Positions 49,969 to 62,675 of a stretch of 64,000 nucleotides of DNA are shown here, one piece after another. Origin of the DNA: Rhizaria sp. SCN 62-66. Lineage: Eukaryota. The translations under genes and the position numbers were made by a program. The stretch spans positions 1-64,000 of the forward strand of contig MEDY01000169.1 in assembly GCA_001724265.1 (NCBI GenBank). The letters run 5' to 3'. Under the pieces are notes generated by a model, which was given only the letters and a program-made list of their open reading frames with translations, searched no databases and was not told where the DNA came from. The first letter of the stretch is position 1. The number at the start of each line of letters is the position of its first letter.

Positions 49969-52900
49969 ATGCGTCCGCCACCGCGAACCCAGCCAGGCGG
50001 GCAATGGCGCTAACGTACTCGTTGTCGGCGCAGCAGGGACAGCAGCAGCAGCAGCAGCAACAGCAGCGACAGACTGTCGGGGCGGTGGCGCGGCCGCAGC
50101 CGGGAGCGTCGCCGTTATCTCTCATCTCGCTCTCTGCGATCACAAGCCCCGCTGACGGCAATACCGTTCTTAGTCCCGCCGCTAACCTGAACCTTAGCGG
50201 CGTGAGCACTGACAATAGCGGTGGCCTTATGTTGAGCCGGTCAATGACTGGCGGTCATTTGCCGACCAGCTCAACCTTAGCGTCAACAACAACAACAACA
50301 ACAGTTACGACCACCAGCACAAGCACAACAACTACAACGACGACGACAACGGGCACGAGCAGCAGCATGAACACAAGCTCTAGCTTTGGCAGCAGCAATA
50401 ACAGCATCAGTAACGCAATGACCGCAGCGGGCTCCGCCGTCGCCTCCCCGCCAAACGCCAGCTCTGGCGCTGGCACTGGCGCTGGCGCTGGCACTGGGGT
50501 TGGGGTTGTCGCTGGCTTCCGTCCTCAGATGCAGGCTCAGTCGCGGCCGCAGTCACGCCTGGCCTTTGCTGCCTCTGTGGCCGCTGTCCCGGCGCCCACC
50601 ATTTCCCTCGCGCCCAACACCAGCCTCGGCATCAGTGCGGCGATGCACCACGCGCGCATGGCCGCCGTGTCCCCACTGATGCCGCTCGCCAGCACGGCCA
50701 ATCTGGGCACATTCGGCGTCGGCATTATTGGCATCGGCGCCAGCGGCGGCGGCAGCAGCGGTGTGAACGGGTTCATCGGCAGGCTTAGCAACGGCGTGGG
50801 CATTAGTAACATGAGCAACAATCTCAACAGCAGCATCACTGGCATCAGCGGTGCGGGTGTCGGGGTGCGGACTGCTGCACCTAGCCCCTTTGAGCCGCAC
50901 AGCGGCGGCAACACTCGCGTTGTAAGCGGCCACGGCCACGGTCACTCAGCTGCTCACGGTCACTTGCTCGGCCTGTCAGTCCCCCGGACCAACGAGAAGG
51001 ACCGGCACCGCATCGTTAATGCGCACGCAATCGGCCACAGCGGCGGCGGTAGTGGCGGCGGCGGGGCCAACAGCAACAGCCTTAACAGCAGCATTATCAG
51101 CGGCAGTGGCGGTGGCGGTGGCGGTCCGAGCAGTGGGTTAGGCTAGGGGCTGGGGCAGGGCGGTGCCCTGATGCTGGCCGGGCTAGGCCCTATGTCAGGC
51201 TACGACGGCGCCTCGCCAGTGCCCCTACTGCACGCCAACCACCCAAGCGCAAGCGCAACCCACGCCCGCATGGCCCGCGGCTACAGCAGCAGGAACAGCA
51301 GTAGACGCAGCAGCACCAGCAGCGCCAACAACTCGAGTGACGGCAACAGCAACAGTCCCTTGAGGTCGCCGCCGTCGCCGCTGCCGCTGCCGCAGCCGCT
51401 GGAGCTGCCGCTGACCCTGCCGCTGCCGCCGGTGACGCAGGGGCAGACGCTGCTGCCGCTGATGTCGCTGACGCATCTGACGCGGTCCCAGTCGCTGATG
51501 CAGGCTCAAGCGCATTCCCAGCCGCAGTCGCACGCTCAGTCGCCGCAGACGCCGCGGTCGCCGCGCTCGCCGATGGCGAACACTGTTGTGCCTGACGCCA
51601 GCAGTAACAACAGCGGCGGCAACTGGCGCAACCAAAGCGGCCGCAGCCGTGAGAGTCAGCAGTACGATTGCAATAACTGCAGCAGCAACCGCGGAAGTAA
51701 CCACGCCGCTCGCAGCAACGGCACTGGAAACGGCTTTAGGTCGACCGCTGCCGCTGCTGCGGCCGCGGCTGCTGCCGCTTCGGCCACTGCAAACCACAAC
51801 GCGACTGGCATCGCGATGTACGTGCCTCCCCGCCCCAGCCACGTCCACGGCCACGGCCACGGCCGCGGCTCCGGGAGCAACCTTGCGGACGCGTTGGCGC
51901 ACGCGGGCGACGACGGCAGCGGCGGCATCCGGGCGAGAAGGCGTGTGTTTCCCATCAGCACCGCGGACAGCACCTCAAGCCACAGCAACAGCAACATCAA
52001 AGACGACGCGTCTGCCTCCTTTGATGCGATGGCGGCTACCCACGGGCACCAAGCAGTCTCGTTTGTGCCGTTCTGCGGGTTTGGTACCGCGGTGCGCGTT
52101 GGATCTGCGCTTATCGCGTCTGAGTTCTCGCCGTCTGGGAGCAAAGAGAGCGAAAACAACAGCACCAGCACTGGCAGTGGTAACAATAGCAATGAAAGTG
52201 ACAGCAACATTCATCTTAACGGCAATAGTCGCTCTAACAGTGACGACTTCGACTCGAATATTGTCCCACTTAATGGTATTGTAACCGCTGGCAACACGAT
52301 GAATATATTGAGCAGTGGCGGCAGTAGCGGAAGCAGCCGCAAACGCCGCAGCCGCAGTCGTCACAATCGCGGCGAAAACGCTGCTGCTGGTGCAAATACC
52401 ATATCTGGCAACGGCAATAACATCCGCGGCAATGCTAATAAGATCGTGAACAGCTCTAAGGCTGGCCGCGGTGGCAATACTCCTAGCCACAATCATAGCA
52501 AGAGCAAGGATAGTCCCCGGTCAGCGTTCAAACGCACCCGCAACATCGTCAACAAAAGCGGCGCCGATTCGTCACACGTCTTGCCAAGTAGCGTGCACAG
52601 TCAAGCTAACGGCGGGGGCATGCATTGGAATATGAACGGCAGCTCCCATACCCAGAGCAGCTGCAGCAGCACGGGCGCGAGCAGCAGCTTTGCATCCCAC
52701 TACGGCTTTACTTTGCTACACAGCACGAGCACCGCTATTGGCGTTAATGGGAACGATAGTATCCGTAATGCTGCGCACATTGCGTCGTCGCAGTCGATGC
52801 CGCGTCAGCCGAATCACCAGCTCTCCAACGGCGCAAACGGCAACTCGGGCAACGCTAACAATAGTATGCCGTTATCGTCGTCGCTCCCGTCGCACTACGG

Positions 52901-55900
52901 CCACGGTCATGGCGCCAGACCCGACTCTCGGTCGAGCACTGGCGCTGGCGCTGGCGCTGGCGCCGTTAAGGTGGGCGCACCAGTGCCGAGCTCCCCATCA
53001 TCGGCCTCTGCAGCCGCTGTTGCCGCCGCGTTTGCTACGGGCCGCACCGGTGGCCCCGCCGGCGCCGCAGCCGCAGCCGCCGCTAAGAGCGCCGCCGCAG
53101 CAGCAGCCGCCGCCGCGGTGAAGTCTACGAGCCCGCGCCGGCTGGTGCGCGCGATGACCCCCGGCGGCGGCGGCGCCTACAGCCCGGTTCACGCGCAGTA
53201 TGCGGAGGGGCGGGGGGTGCTGGGCCCGCGCGCGCTGCGGTTCGCCCACAGCAACAGCGGCCTCAACAGCAGCGGACACGGCACCAGCGGACACACGGAT
53301 GGCGACGGCAGTGGCAACGCTGGTAGCACCGGGCAGAGCTTCGGTCAAGGCTATACTGACACTGGTGCTTCGTTTTTTTGCAGCAGCAGCAACAGTCTTG
53401 GCGGTAACGCGACTGGTGACGAGCAGCAGTTTTTCTACGAGGACGACGACAGTGATGACGATGACGACAAGGACGGGGACGCCTTTGGGGACACGCTTGC
53501 TCTCGCCGCAGCTGCTGCAGCGGCCGCTGATGCACTCGCCGACAACGTCGCTGGCGTTGCCTATAGCCAGCCAGGAACAAACAATTTCGACACCGGTCTT
53601 GCTGCGGGACTCCATGACAACCTAAATTCTTGCAAAAACAAGGCCGGCAGCGCTGTCGCCAGTCCGGTGGCCGCACAGATTACGCAGGGGCGAGGCCGCA
53701 AGCGCAACAATAGTCCTTGCAAGCAGCAGCAGCAACAACAGCAGCTGCAGAATAAGCAAAGACTAGCTGGCAACAACGACGACGACGACGACGACAATGA
53801 CAAAGATGATGTTGTTGTGACCACACCCAAGCTTGGTGTGAAACGCAGCCGGAAAGCCGACAGTATCAGCATTTACAGCAATGGTGCCCTGAGCGGCAAC
53901 GCTCATGGTAGCCGCAAAGCTGCTGAATTGGTCCCTGGTACTGCCCCACAGCTGTCGTCCCAGTCATTCTCGTTCGCGCGGTCACGGCAGCGGCCGATGC
54001 CGGTGCCTGACCTCGACATCGCAGACTCGGAGATGCAGTCACATCTGCTACCGCCGCCGCAGCATCAGGCGTTGCTGCCCCCAATCGGGAGCTTGCCGTT
54101 CTCAGCCTCCGCGCCAGCCTCAGCAGCGGCGGCGGCTGCCGCGGCTGCAAGGGCCCCGGTCGCGGCCGCGCCGACGGGCGCGACGCCAGTCGCGGTCACG
54201 GGGAGCCCCGCGCGCAACACGGCGTTCCGGGCCACGGCAGCCGCGGGCGTGTCGCCGATGCTGCCGCTGGGAAATCTGCGCCTGCTGCAGCAGCAGCGGA
54301 AGCAGAAGCAGGAGATGGAGCAGCGGCAGCATGAGCTGCAGCGGCAGCAGCAGCAGTTGCAGCAGCAACATCAGCGGCTGGGTCAGGTTTTTCCTGTTAG
54401 CTACGAGCAGCACCGCGCTCCCGGCATCGGGGCTGGCGCCCAGACTGACCGGGACCGGTTACCCAGCATTGCTGAGACCGCCAACGCTGCCGTCACCGTT
54501 GCCGCCGCCGCCGCTGCTGCTGCCGCTGCGACTAATAGCAATAGTCGCGCCCCCGCGTTTGCATATGGCCACTCGTCGCCGCACAGTCGCTTTGACGCTA
54601 CTACTTCTACTACTACCCACAGTCAGTCCTCAGCTTCCGGGCAGTCTGCGGCCCCCAGTTTCCCGGGCACTGTTGCCCACGGTCACCTCAGCCACGCGAG
54701 CGCGTATGGCCACGTGCCCAACGCGGATAACCGGCATTCGGCTGCGCTCTCGGCCCCTACACACAAGCTTGGCGAGTCAAATGCGGCAGCCCACCCCGCC
54801 AACGCTACTGCCAACTCGCGATTTGAGATTATTAACCGTAATAGTGATGCCAACCCTGGCTTGAGCTGGAATGAAGGCGACAACGTGCAGGGCAATAGCT
54901 TTTCTAGCGTGAACACGAACAGTGACGTACCAAGCACTCCTAAGCGCGCAGGCAGGCCGCCCAAGAGCCTTAGTCACAAAGGCATGTTTGACAGTGACAG
55001 CGCGCTGGTCGGCGGTGCAGGTGCGAGCTTTCTAGCAAACATGCGGAGTTTGATTACTCGCAGGTTTTCTGGCGTAAATACCCCTGATAACAATTGTAAG
55101 AACAACGACTCAAACGCAAACCAGTGCAAGATTAGCAGCAATGCAGATGGTGGAAGCAACGGCGACAACAGGGGTCAACGTATTGATGTCGCAAACCTAA
55201 ACCCTGATTATGAAAGCAACGGTGGCAGCAACTATAGCCGCAACGACCGCGCAGCAACAGGCCGTGTAGATGCCGGCCTTAACGCCACGCTCGCAGCCAG
55301 GAGCAACGATTCTCCCGCACGTGTTGCCATCGTCAATGACGCGGCTAGCGCGGCCAACGGGCACGCTGGCCGTCTCCCCGCCCCGGTGCCGGCGCCGGGC
55401 GTCGCTGTCGTTGATTACGTCGGTGGCTCGAACACTGGCTTGAACACTGGCGGCGGGGCTGGCGCAGATAACGTGTCCTTTGACGTCGGCAGTCTCGTGC
55501 CAAAGCAGCGCAGAAAACGCGGCACTGTCAAGCCGCTCAATGCGGTGTCGGTTGCGCTCGCAGTTTCTGCTGCAGAGGCTGCCGCAGAGGCAGTCGCTGC
55601 GACTGGGGCCGCGGCAGCCGCTGAATCTGCTACAGCTGCTGCTGCCGCTGCTGCTGCTGCAAATCGTACTGTGGCTAAAATTGCTCCAACTGATTCGGCT
55701 GAATATGGTTCTGTATCTGGTCGTAGCAGCATACAGGGGCTACCGCCGCCTACGCCTGTTTCTGTGTCAAACCGCGCCAGCGCAAACGACGCCAGTCTAA
55801 GTACACGCGCGAATGTAAGCGCTAGCGTGGGCTTGCTGTCCCAGGTTGGCACGAGTATCAGCGCAGCTATCAGCCAAGGCGCTTTCTATAACCCCAGCCC

Positions 55901-58529
55901 GAGCCGCCACAGTGCAAATGCGTACGCTAACAGCCACAATGCGGGTATCGACAGCAACGATAGCGCAAGGGCGGCAAGCGCAACTGCTCTCCGTGATTGC
56001 GTCGATGCGTTGAGCTCTCACGCACTCCTGGATCTGGGCGACGGCACCGCAGCTCTGGCCCGCAGCCTGAGTAGCCGCAATGGCACGAGCCGAGCGGATA
56101 GCGACGGCAGCGGCGGCTCTGTGTTTTACCTTCAGGCCGAGGATGGCGACGATGCTAATGGCGATCTCAGCGAGACACACAGCGCCTCTCACCGCGAGCA
56201 GCTAGAGCGACAGAACCACTGTGTGTCCCGTGATCAGCAGCACTATTTGCTGCGTGGATCTTAGCAGTTGCAACGGCAACAGCAGCAAGAGCAGTTGCAA
56301 CAGGAACAGCAGCAAGAGCAGCTGCAGCAGCAGTTGCAGCGGCGGGCGCAGCAGCAGGTTCAGCTGCAGCTCCAACAGCAGTTCGACCAGCAGCAACAGC
56401 TCTTTGAGCAGCAGCAGCTCCAGCATCAGCAAGTTCAGCGCCAAATGCAGCAGCAGATTAAGCACTTGCAGAAGCTGCTTGAGGAGCAGCAAAAGCAGCA
56501 GCAGCTCCAGCAACAGCAGCAGCTGTTGCAACAGCAGCGTCAACCGCAGGTCGACTCGCGCCGCAGCAGTTACGGGACTAATAGCGACAACTCCGAGTAC
56601 GTAAACAGCAGTAACACAACTAGCTATCCTGTAACAAGCAGTAGCAGTAGCAGTAGCAGCGGTCGCAGCACGAGGGTTCCCAAGCGGATCAGCAGCTTAA
56701 ACTCCAGTCGCAACAGCAGTCCCAGTTACAACCACGCTCAAAACCACGCTGGTACCGTTGCCATCAGCGCTGCAGCTGCCGCGGCGATTGTTGCTGGCGT
56801 AAATAACGGCCAGTTTCAGCTCAACCACTACTCGCATCCGATCGCCGACTCCACAGACAGCAGCACTGTCGCCTCCGCAAGCGCGGTCTTGGCCGGCACG
56901 GCCCACGGGCACGCGACTCACCGGCGTATTAGGTCCTCTGGCGAGACTTATAAGCGCTCACACGGTCGGTCCCCAAGCCCCGCGCGCAGTCACAGTGACG
57001 ACCATGGTTACAATCACGGTCACGGCCCCAGCCATAGCCATGTTTCCCACAGTTAGCTGAGCCACGGACACTCTGCAGCTGCTCACGGCCACTCAAAGTT
57101 GAGTCTCACCTTACCAAGCTACGGCCAAGACGCTGCAAAGCACCGACAGCAGCAGCGCGACCAAGCTCGCCCCCGCGATCGCAGTGACCGGGACCGCGCT
57201 AGCGACTGCGACCGGGAGCATGCGAACGTGCGCGGCCGTAGCAACGACCGGGCCCACAGCCGCGGACACAGCCGGGCCCACAGTCGCGAGCTCGGGTCGG
57301 GCCACGGCCACGATGAACGCGAGCACGCAGACCGTGGGCGTAGTGACCGTGGCCGTGAGCGCGAACATCGTGAGAGTGGTAATCGCGGCCAGAGTCACGG
57401 TAACCTACAACTCCACCCTCACGCACAGGGCCTGACCCACAGTCATAGTTATAGCAACGCGTACAGCCACTCTGCTCACGACCACTCTCCCGCGCACTCT
57501 GGTGGCGCGAACGATAGGTCTCCGCCGGGCCTGCGCCTGCACCTGCGCGCGCACTCCTTGCACTCGCAAGTCCAGCCTGTGCCTCAGTCGCCCGCCTTGC
57601 TTCAGCCCGCTTTGCCGCAGCCCGCCTTTGCTGCGGGCACGTCGATCGCCACCGCCATCAGTGTCAGCTCTAGCCCGGACTCGCTCGACGGCGCCAGTGC
57701 CGCTCGGGAGAACAACACTGGCGGCGCGCCGGGCGCAAGCACCGTCAGCAACGCTGTTGGCACCCCGAGCCCTCGGTCACGCCACGGTACAAACAGCGGC
57801 AACATCATCAATCGCGGCGGCGAGAACCCACTCAGCGTGAACAACTCGAAGACTGATGCAAGCTCTCCCCGCCTAAGCGTGGGAAACAACACCACGGACA
57901 ACAATAATATCGGTGCCATCATCGCTGCCAGCCGTCGCCACACTGCGGCTCAGCTCAGCGCCATCGACCGCGATGATGATGGTGATCATCATGGTTATGC
58001 CAGAGCCGCCAATATCGGCTTAAACAGCGCTGGCAGCCCTCGCGCTCAGGACACAGCAGCGGCTGGCGGTGAGGAGACGACTGATGATGCGCAGTCCGAA
58101 GGCTCGCTGGCCTCAGCCCTCGCCGTGTTTCTAAGGCAGCGGCACGAGCAGGAGCTGCTGCAGCAGCGGCATCAGCGTGAAGCGCAGACCCTGTGGCAGA
58201 ACCTCACCAGTGCGATCGCGGCCGGCAACGTGGGGGCCGGCAGCATCACTCAGGCTCTCACGGCCACCAACAGCGGTGCTGCCACGGCGACTGCGGCGGC
58301 GCGTGCCACGGCGGCAACGTCGTCCTCGGCGGTGCCGTTTCAACTGACACCCGACGCAACCGCTGCGCTTGTAGCAGCTGCCGTTGCAATGTCGACTGCT
58401 AACAATGCGAATAGCGCTGCGATGCGCAATAGGGCTTCTGATATCGGCAGTGTGGGTGTCAATGGCAATGCTGGGAGTGGTTTTGCTCTCGATACCACGC
58501 GTATCAGCAAGCAGTCTCAGCATCGATAA
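49773..58529 (+). CDS. ~2900-aa low-complexity/disordered protein containing three in-frame TAG codons (51144, 56262, 57054); ends TAA
   Basis: ORF-track ORFs 49704-51146, 51171-56264, 56268-57056 and 57099-58529 share one frame and are separated only by single TAG codons. Composition is uniform, with no AT-rich intron between them. No domain recognised; the start is uncertain. Confidence 0.7.
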
Positions 58530-59217
58530 TGTTGTAGCTTTGCGGTGTTGTTGAGGCTACGTTGTGTCCCAAGATCTTTTTGACAATATCATTATATCTC
58601 TTTTCCTTCCGATTGTACATGTTTTCCTTAACTTTGAATAAGTGTTTATTTCACTGAATTGCCGCATGTGGCGTTACGCTGATTTTAATCAATCCTAGTG
58701 GTGCACAGGTTTGTGTCTTCGCATTGTTGCAAGTCTGTACTCCGCGCAGCCTAGCAACGCTAGGCAATGTAACTTTCAAGTTGAACATATCAATCGTATG
58801 AGCACGCACGCGTGAAACAGACACTTTATTGAGAATAGATAAACGTAGTGTGTATGTGGCTCGCAAATAAACAAGAACCACTTGAAACAAAGCTCTTGAA
58901 AACAAACACAACATGGTTACAGCAGCACAGCTTTTGAAATAATAATAATAGGGACTGGCTCGTGCTGAGACTACGTTTAACGAGAGTGTGGGGAAAGGTG
59001 TGAAAAAGATAAGCCGCCACATTGGCCTGCCTTCAACTTACACATGCCAATCGAACAAAACAAGGGAGTTGAACGTCGATTCGTTCGGCTTCATTCAGTG
59101 ACTGACAGACACATCAATACAGAGAGGAAAACTGGTTGCACATGAAAACTTGTTGCGCACCCGAGCCCGTCGCGCACATCGCTCGCTCGCAGCGGACTGC
59201 TCGCGACAGCCTCCCTC

Positions 59218-60907
59218 TCACTTGCGGAAGCTGCGCACAATGGCGACGTAGGCGACCATGAACACGGCGGCGTACGTGCCCGCGACGGGCCACCACTGCT
59301 GGCGCTTGGCCCCCGCCGCCGCGGCCGCGGTCTCGGCGTCGACGTCGCCCGCGTGGGCATGTTCGCAGAGCGCCGGGGAGGCCTCGGCAATGCGCGCGCG
59401 CGCCCACTCCAGCGCGGCGTCCTTGTAGGGCACCGGGAGCGACGCGGAGCCGTCCGCGGCGGCGGGGGCGGCCGACGCAGCGGTTTGGCGAGCCGAGTCG
59501 ACGCTGAGAAGAGGGAAAAGCGAGAGAAAGTTGGCGAACAAAATAAACAGTGAGAATATAAAGACAAAAGACTATTTGTTTTCATGCATGAAAACAAAGG
59601 AATATTATACTGTACATAGCAATTGAAATATGTCATTGAATAAATCTTGTTTTAGTGTGAAATCAAGTGAAATCAAGCGTACTCGTCGTCGATCGAGTCG
59701 GGGTCGGCGGTCGCGGCCGCGGCGGCGGCGGCAGCGGCGGCGGCGTCGGGGGGCAGGGGCATGGCGTAAGAGTCGAGGAGGATGTTGCGGACACTGCGCT
59801 CGACGTTAGAGCGCGTCATGATGGAGAAGTCGGACGTTGCGGTGTAGTTGGAGATGTTCGAGTGCGTCAGAACACCTATACAGTGACACAAAAAGCGATA
59901 TAATGAGGAGGAAGCAAAGGCGATAAAACACAAAATCAAACATAGTGAGATTTAAACAAAGTGTGTGACCGTTATAACGTGGTTCTTCATTGAGGAATCA
60001 TAAAATCATACTGGATGCAAATAGCAACGGCGGTCTACGTACGGTGCGCGTGTGCGAGTAGCGAGGGGTAGAACTGACGCAGCACGGCGGCGAGCGGGTT
60101 CATGTCGCTGGCGTAGCCGAACGCGGCGACGGTGACGTAGGCCGCGGCCGTGACGTCGAGCGTGGAGATCTTGTCCACGGTGGCGCCGAAGAAGTACGGG
60201 TTATTGCCCAGGCGCACGGCCAGAGCGTGAAAAGCGTCGATGGCGTTGCCTGTGGCCGTCTCGAGCGTAAGCACACGCTCGCTGCGCAGGCGGTCCTTGA
60301 CGGCGGCGTGGCGCGCCCACTGCAGCCGCTTGCGGGCCAGGAACGACTCGACCCCCGCGGCGTAGGGGGACGGGGCGTCGCTTTGGTACTCGAGGAACAG
60401 CAGAGCCGTGGAGAGCTTAGAGGTGGACGATGTGCGGTAGGCGGCAACCTCGTTGCGCTCGGCAACGGTCAGTGGGGAGTCGAGGTTGTGCCAGTTCTGC
60501 GCGCGAGGTCGAAAACAGCAGTCAGAACAACCGGGGAAGTTAAAAGCATGTGAGTTGAGAGCGGTCAAGGGAAGAGCTTCGAGAAGTCTGTGTCGTGTGG
60601 AAGAGAAGCAGATGGCAAAACGCGCATGGGGGCAGATATAAATGGGACGTACACTGTTGAGGTCATCGATGATGGTCTCGGAGGGGTAGACAGCGTTCTT
60701 GTAGATGGCGACGGGGAGCGAGCCCGAGGCCGAGGCGGGCGAGGACGAGTAGGGCGACACGAGTACGGTGTGCAGGGGGGCCGAGGACGACGCGCTCTGC
60801 ATGCGCTGGGCGGCGATAAGGACGAAGAGCTCGGCCTCAAGGCTGGCGGGGTCGAAGGAAGGGATCCCCCACTCGGCGTGGGCCTTGATCAGCTGCAAAG
60901 GCATCAT
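59218..60907 (-). CDS. Metaxin/Sam37-like mitochondrial outer-membrane protein (GST-like fold, C-terminal TM anchor), 4 exons
   Basis: Exons 60907-60653, 60496-60043, 59875-59683 and 59503-59218; ends TGA. Motifs WGIPSFDPASL, SASGSLP and ALAVRLGNNPYFFG...STLDVTAAAY; C-terminal hydrophobic helix followed by RSFRK. Confidence 0.8.
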
Positions 60908-61412
60908 GGCGGACTAAAGAAACCAACGGTGTGATGCGGGGAAGCAACGGGTAGATGAGCGCATAGAATCCGACAACAAAAGGTAAATACAAAATCCCAG
61001 ATAGAGCATTGCGTAAGCACTTTACTCTAATTATACCAACTCTAAAATCTGCCACATGGACCTCGCACAGCTCTTTCCGAGAACGAAACTGTGACTGCCC
61101 GCGGCCTTGCTTGACGTGGCTTGATGGTCGCTGTGTGGGGGGTCCAGCTTTTTGCGAGCGCTCGTGGTGACATGGATGTTGGAATTTACGCAAGTGATTT
61201 TATACTTTAACTAACTCTATATTGTTCAACTCGATAATATATTGTTCAATGTTATCTTATGTGTATGAAATGTCAGCGTTACTATCTCAGGTATTCATAA
61301 ACGCTACTTATGCGCCGGTAATCACTAGAGGCCCGCGTAACACTATGTAAAACGTTGCTCAAGTCCATCGCAGTCAACTTCACTCGCACAGCTGCGGGTG
61401 CGCAGCGGCAGC

Positions 61413-62641
61413 TCACCTGGCAAAGCCCGCGTCGCTCTCGTCCGCCTTGCGGGGCTTCGGCAGCTCGCAGTCATAGTAGCAGCACCTCTCAACATCCGAG
61501 CTGCTACCCTCAGCAGCAGCGCTACTGTTACTGTTGTTGTTGTTATTGTTGTTGCTGTTGCTGTTGCTGCTGTTGTTGCTGCTGTTGTTGCGATAGAGCG
61601 GCACGGCGGCAACTTGCCCCAGGAGCGCGGCCGCGAAGCGGACCTGGTGTCCCTCGTCGACCTCGGTGAAGGCAGGCACATGCACAAACAACGAGTGCCA
61701 ATTACTATTCCTGCTGTTGGCGTTGGTGGTAGAAGTGTTAGCGTTGTTGGCGTTGCGTGAGTGGACGAGCGATGCGTAGTACAGATAGTTGCACAGATAC
61801 GATCCGGGGTCGTTGGTCACAATGCAGGGCGCCAGCACACTGTTGTCGTCGTCCTTCGCATCAATCGCGGACATCGCGGCGAGAGCAGCCCCCGGAGCCC
61901 CCATACCGCCAGTACTCGTCGCCTTGGCCTCGGCCTCCGTGGACTGAGCCCCAGCCCCGCCCTTGGCCCCAGCCTTGGCTTTGGCTTCGCTCTCGCACGT
62001 GCGCTGTGCAGTGAGCGCGGACACGATCGCGGGCACGCACAGCGAAGAGCAGAGCGCGTTGCCGCACCGGCCGCGCGCGGATGGGCTCACGACACACAGA
62101 TTCTCGCGGTACACGCCCACAAGCTCACTGCTGCTGCACTCAGTGTTGGTGTTGTTGTTGTTGCTGCTGTTGTCACTGCTGTCTCCCAGAGGCGCGGCGT
62201 CTGGTCCGGCGACCGGCGCCCCAGTCTGTGCGTCGACGATCCCGCCGCCCGGCGCGACAACACAGCCGGCCGAGTCTGGGATGGCGAAAGCGGCGTGGTT
62301 GTAGCCCCAGGCTTCGACGTGGAAGCGCGCGATGCCCTGGTAGACGCCGAAGTGGACGAACACGCGCACGGGCTCGCAGTCCGCACTGCCAGCGCTAATG
62401 CTCGAGCTAGAGTCAGGATCAGCAGTGTCACCTGTGTTGCTGCTGACATTAGAGTGACGTTTGATGTAGTCGTGGACGGCGAGGGCAGACACGGGCAGGA
62501 TCTCACGGGAACGCACAGTCACATGCGGCGGCAGCACGACCTTGCCCGTCAGACTCGCCATCGCAGCATCGTCAACTACACTGGCGCTGGCACTGGCGCG
62601 GGGATCAGCACTGGTCTCACTTGCACTCGAGCCGCCACCAC

Positions 62642-62675
<34 letters not shown>

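Noticed and set aside
56262-56270. TAG CAG TTG resembles the viral readthrough signal UAG-CARYYA
   Set aside because: The match is imperfect, is explained by Gln-Leu codons, and is absent at the other four TAGs.
60035-60037. TAG ending the ORF 60035-60907 (metaxin), a possible counter-example to UAG reassignment
   Set aside because: It lies inside an intron (donor GTACGT at 60042); the spliced gene ends at TGA 59220-59218. The TAG closing ORF 9188-9382 is likewise intronic (COQ7 intron 2).
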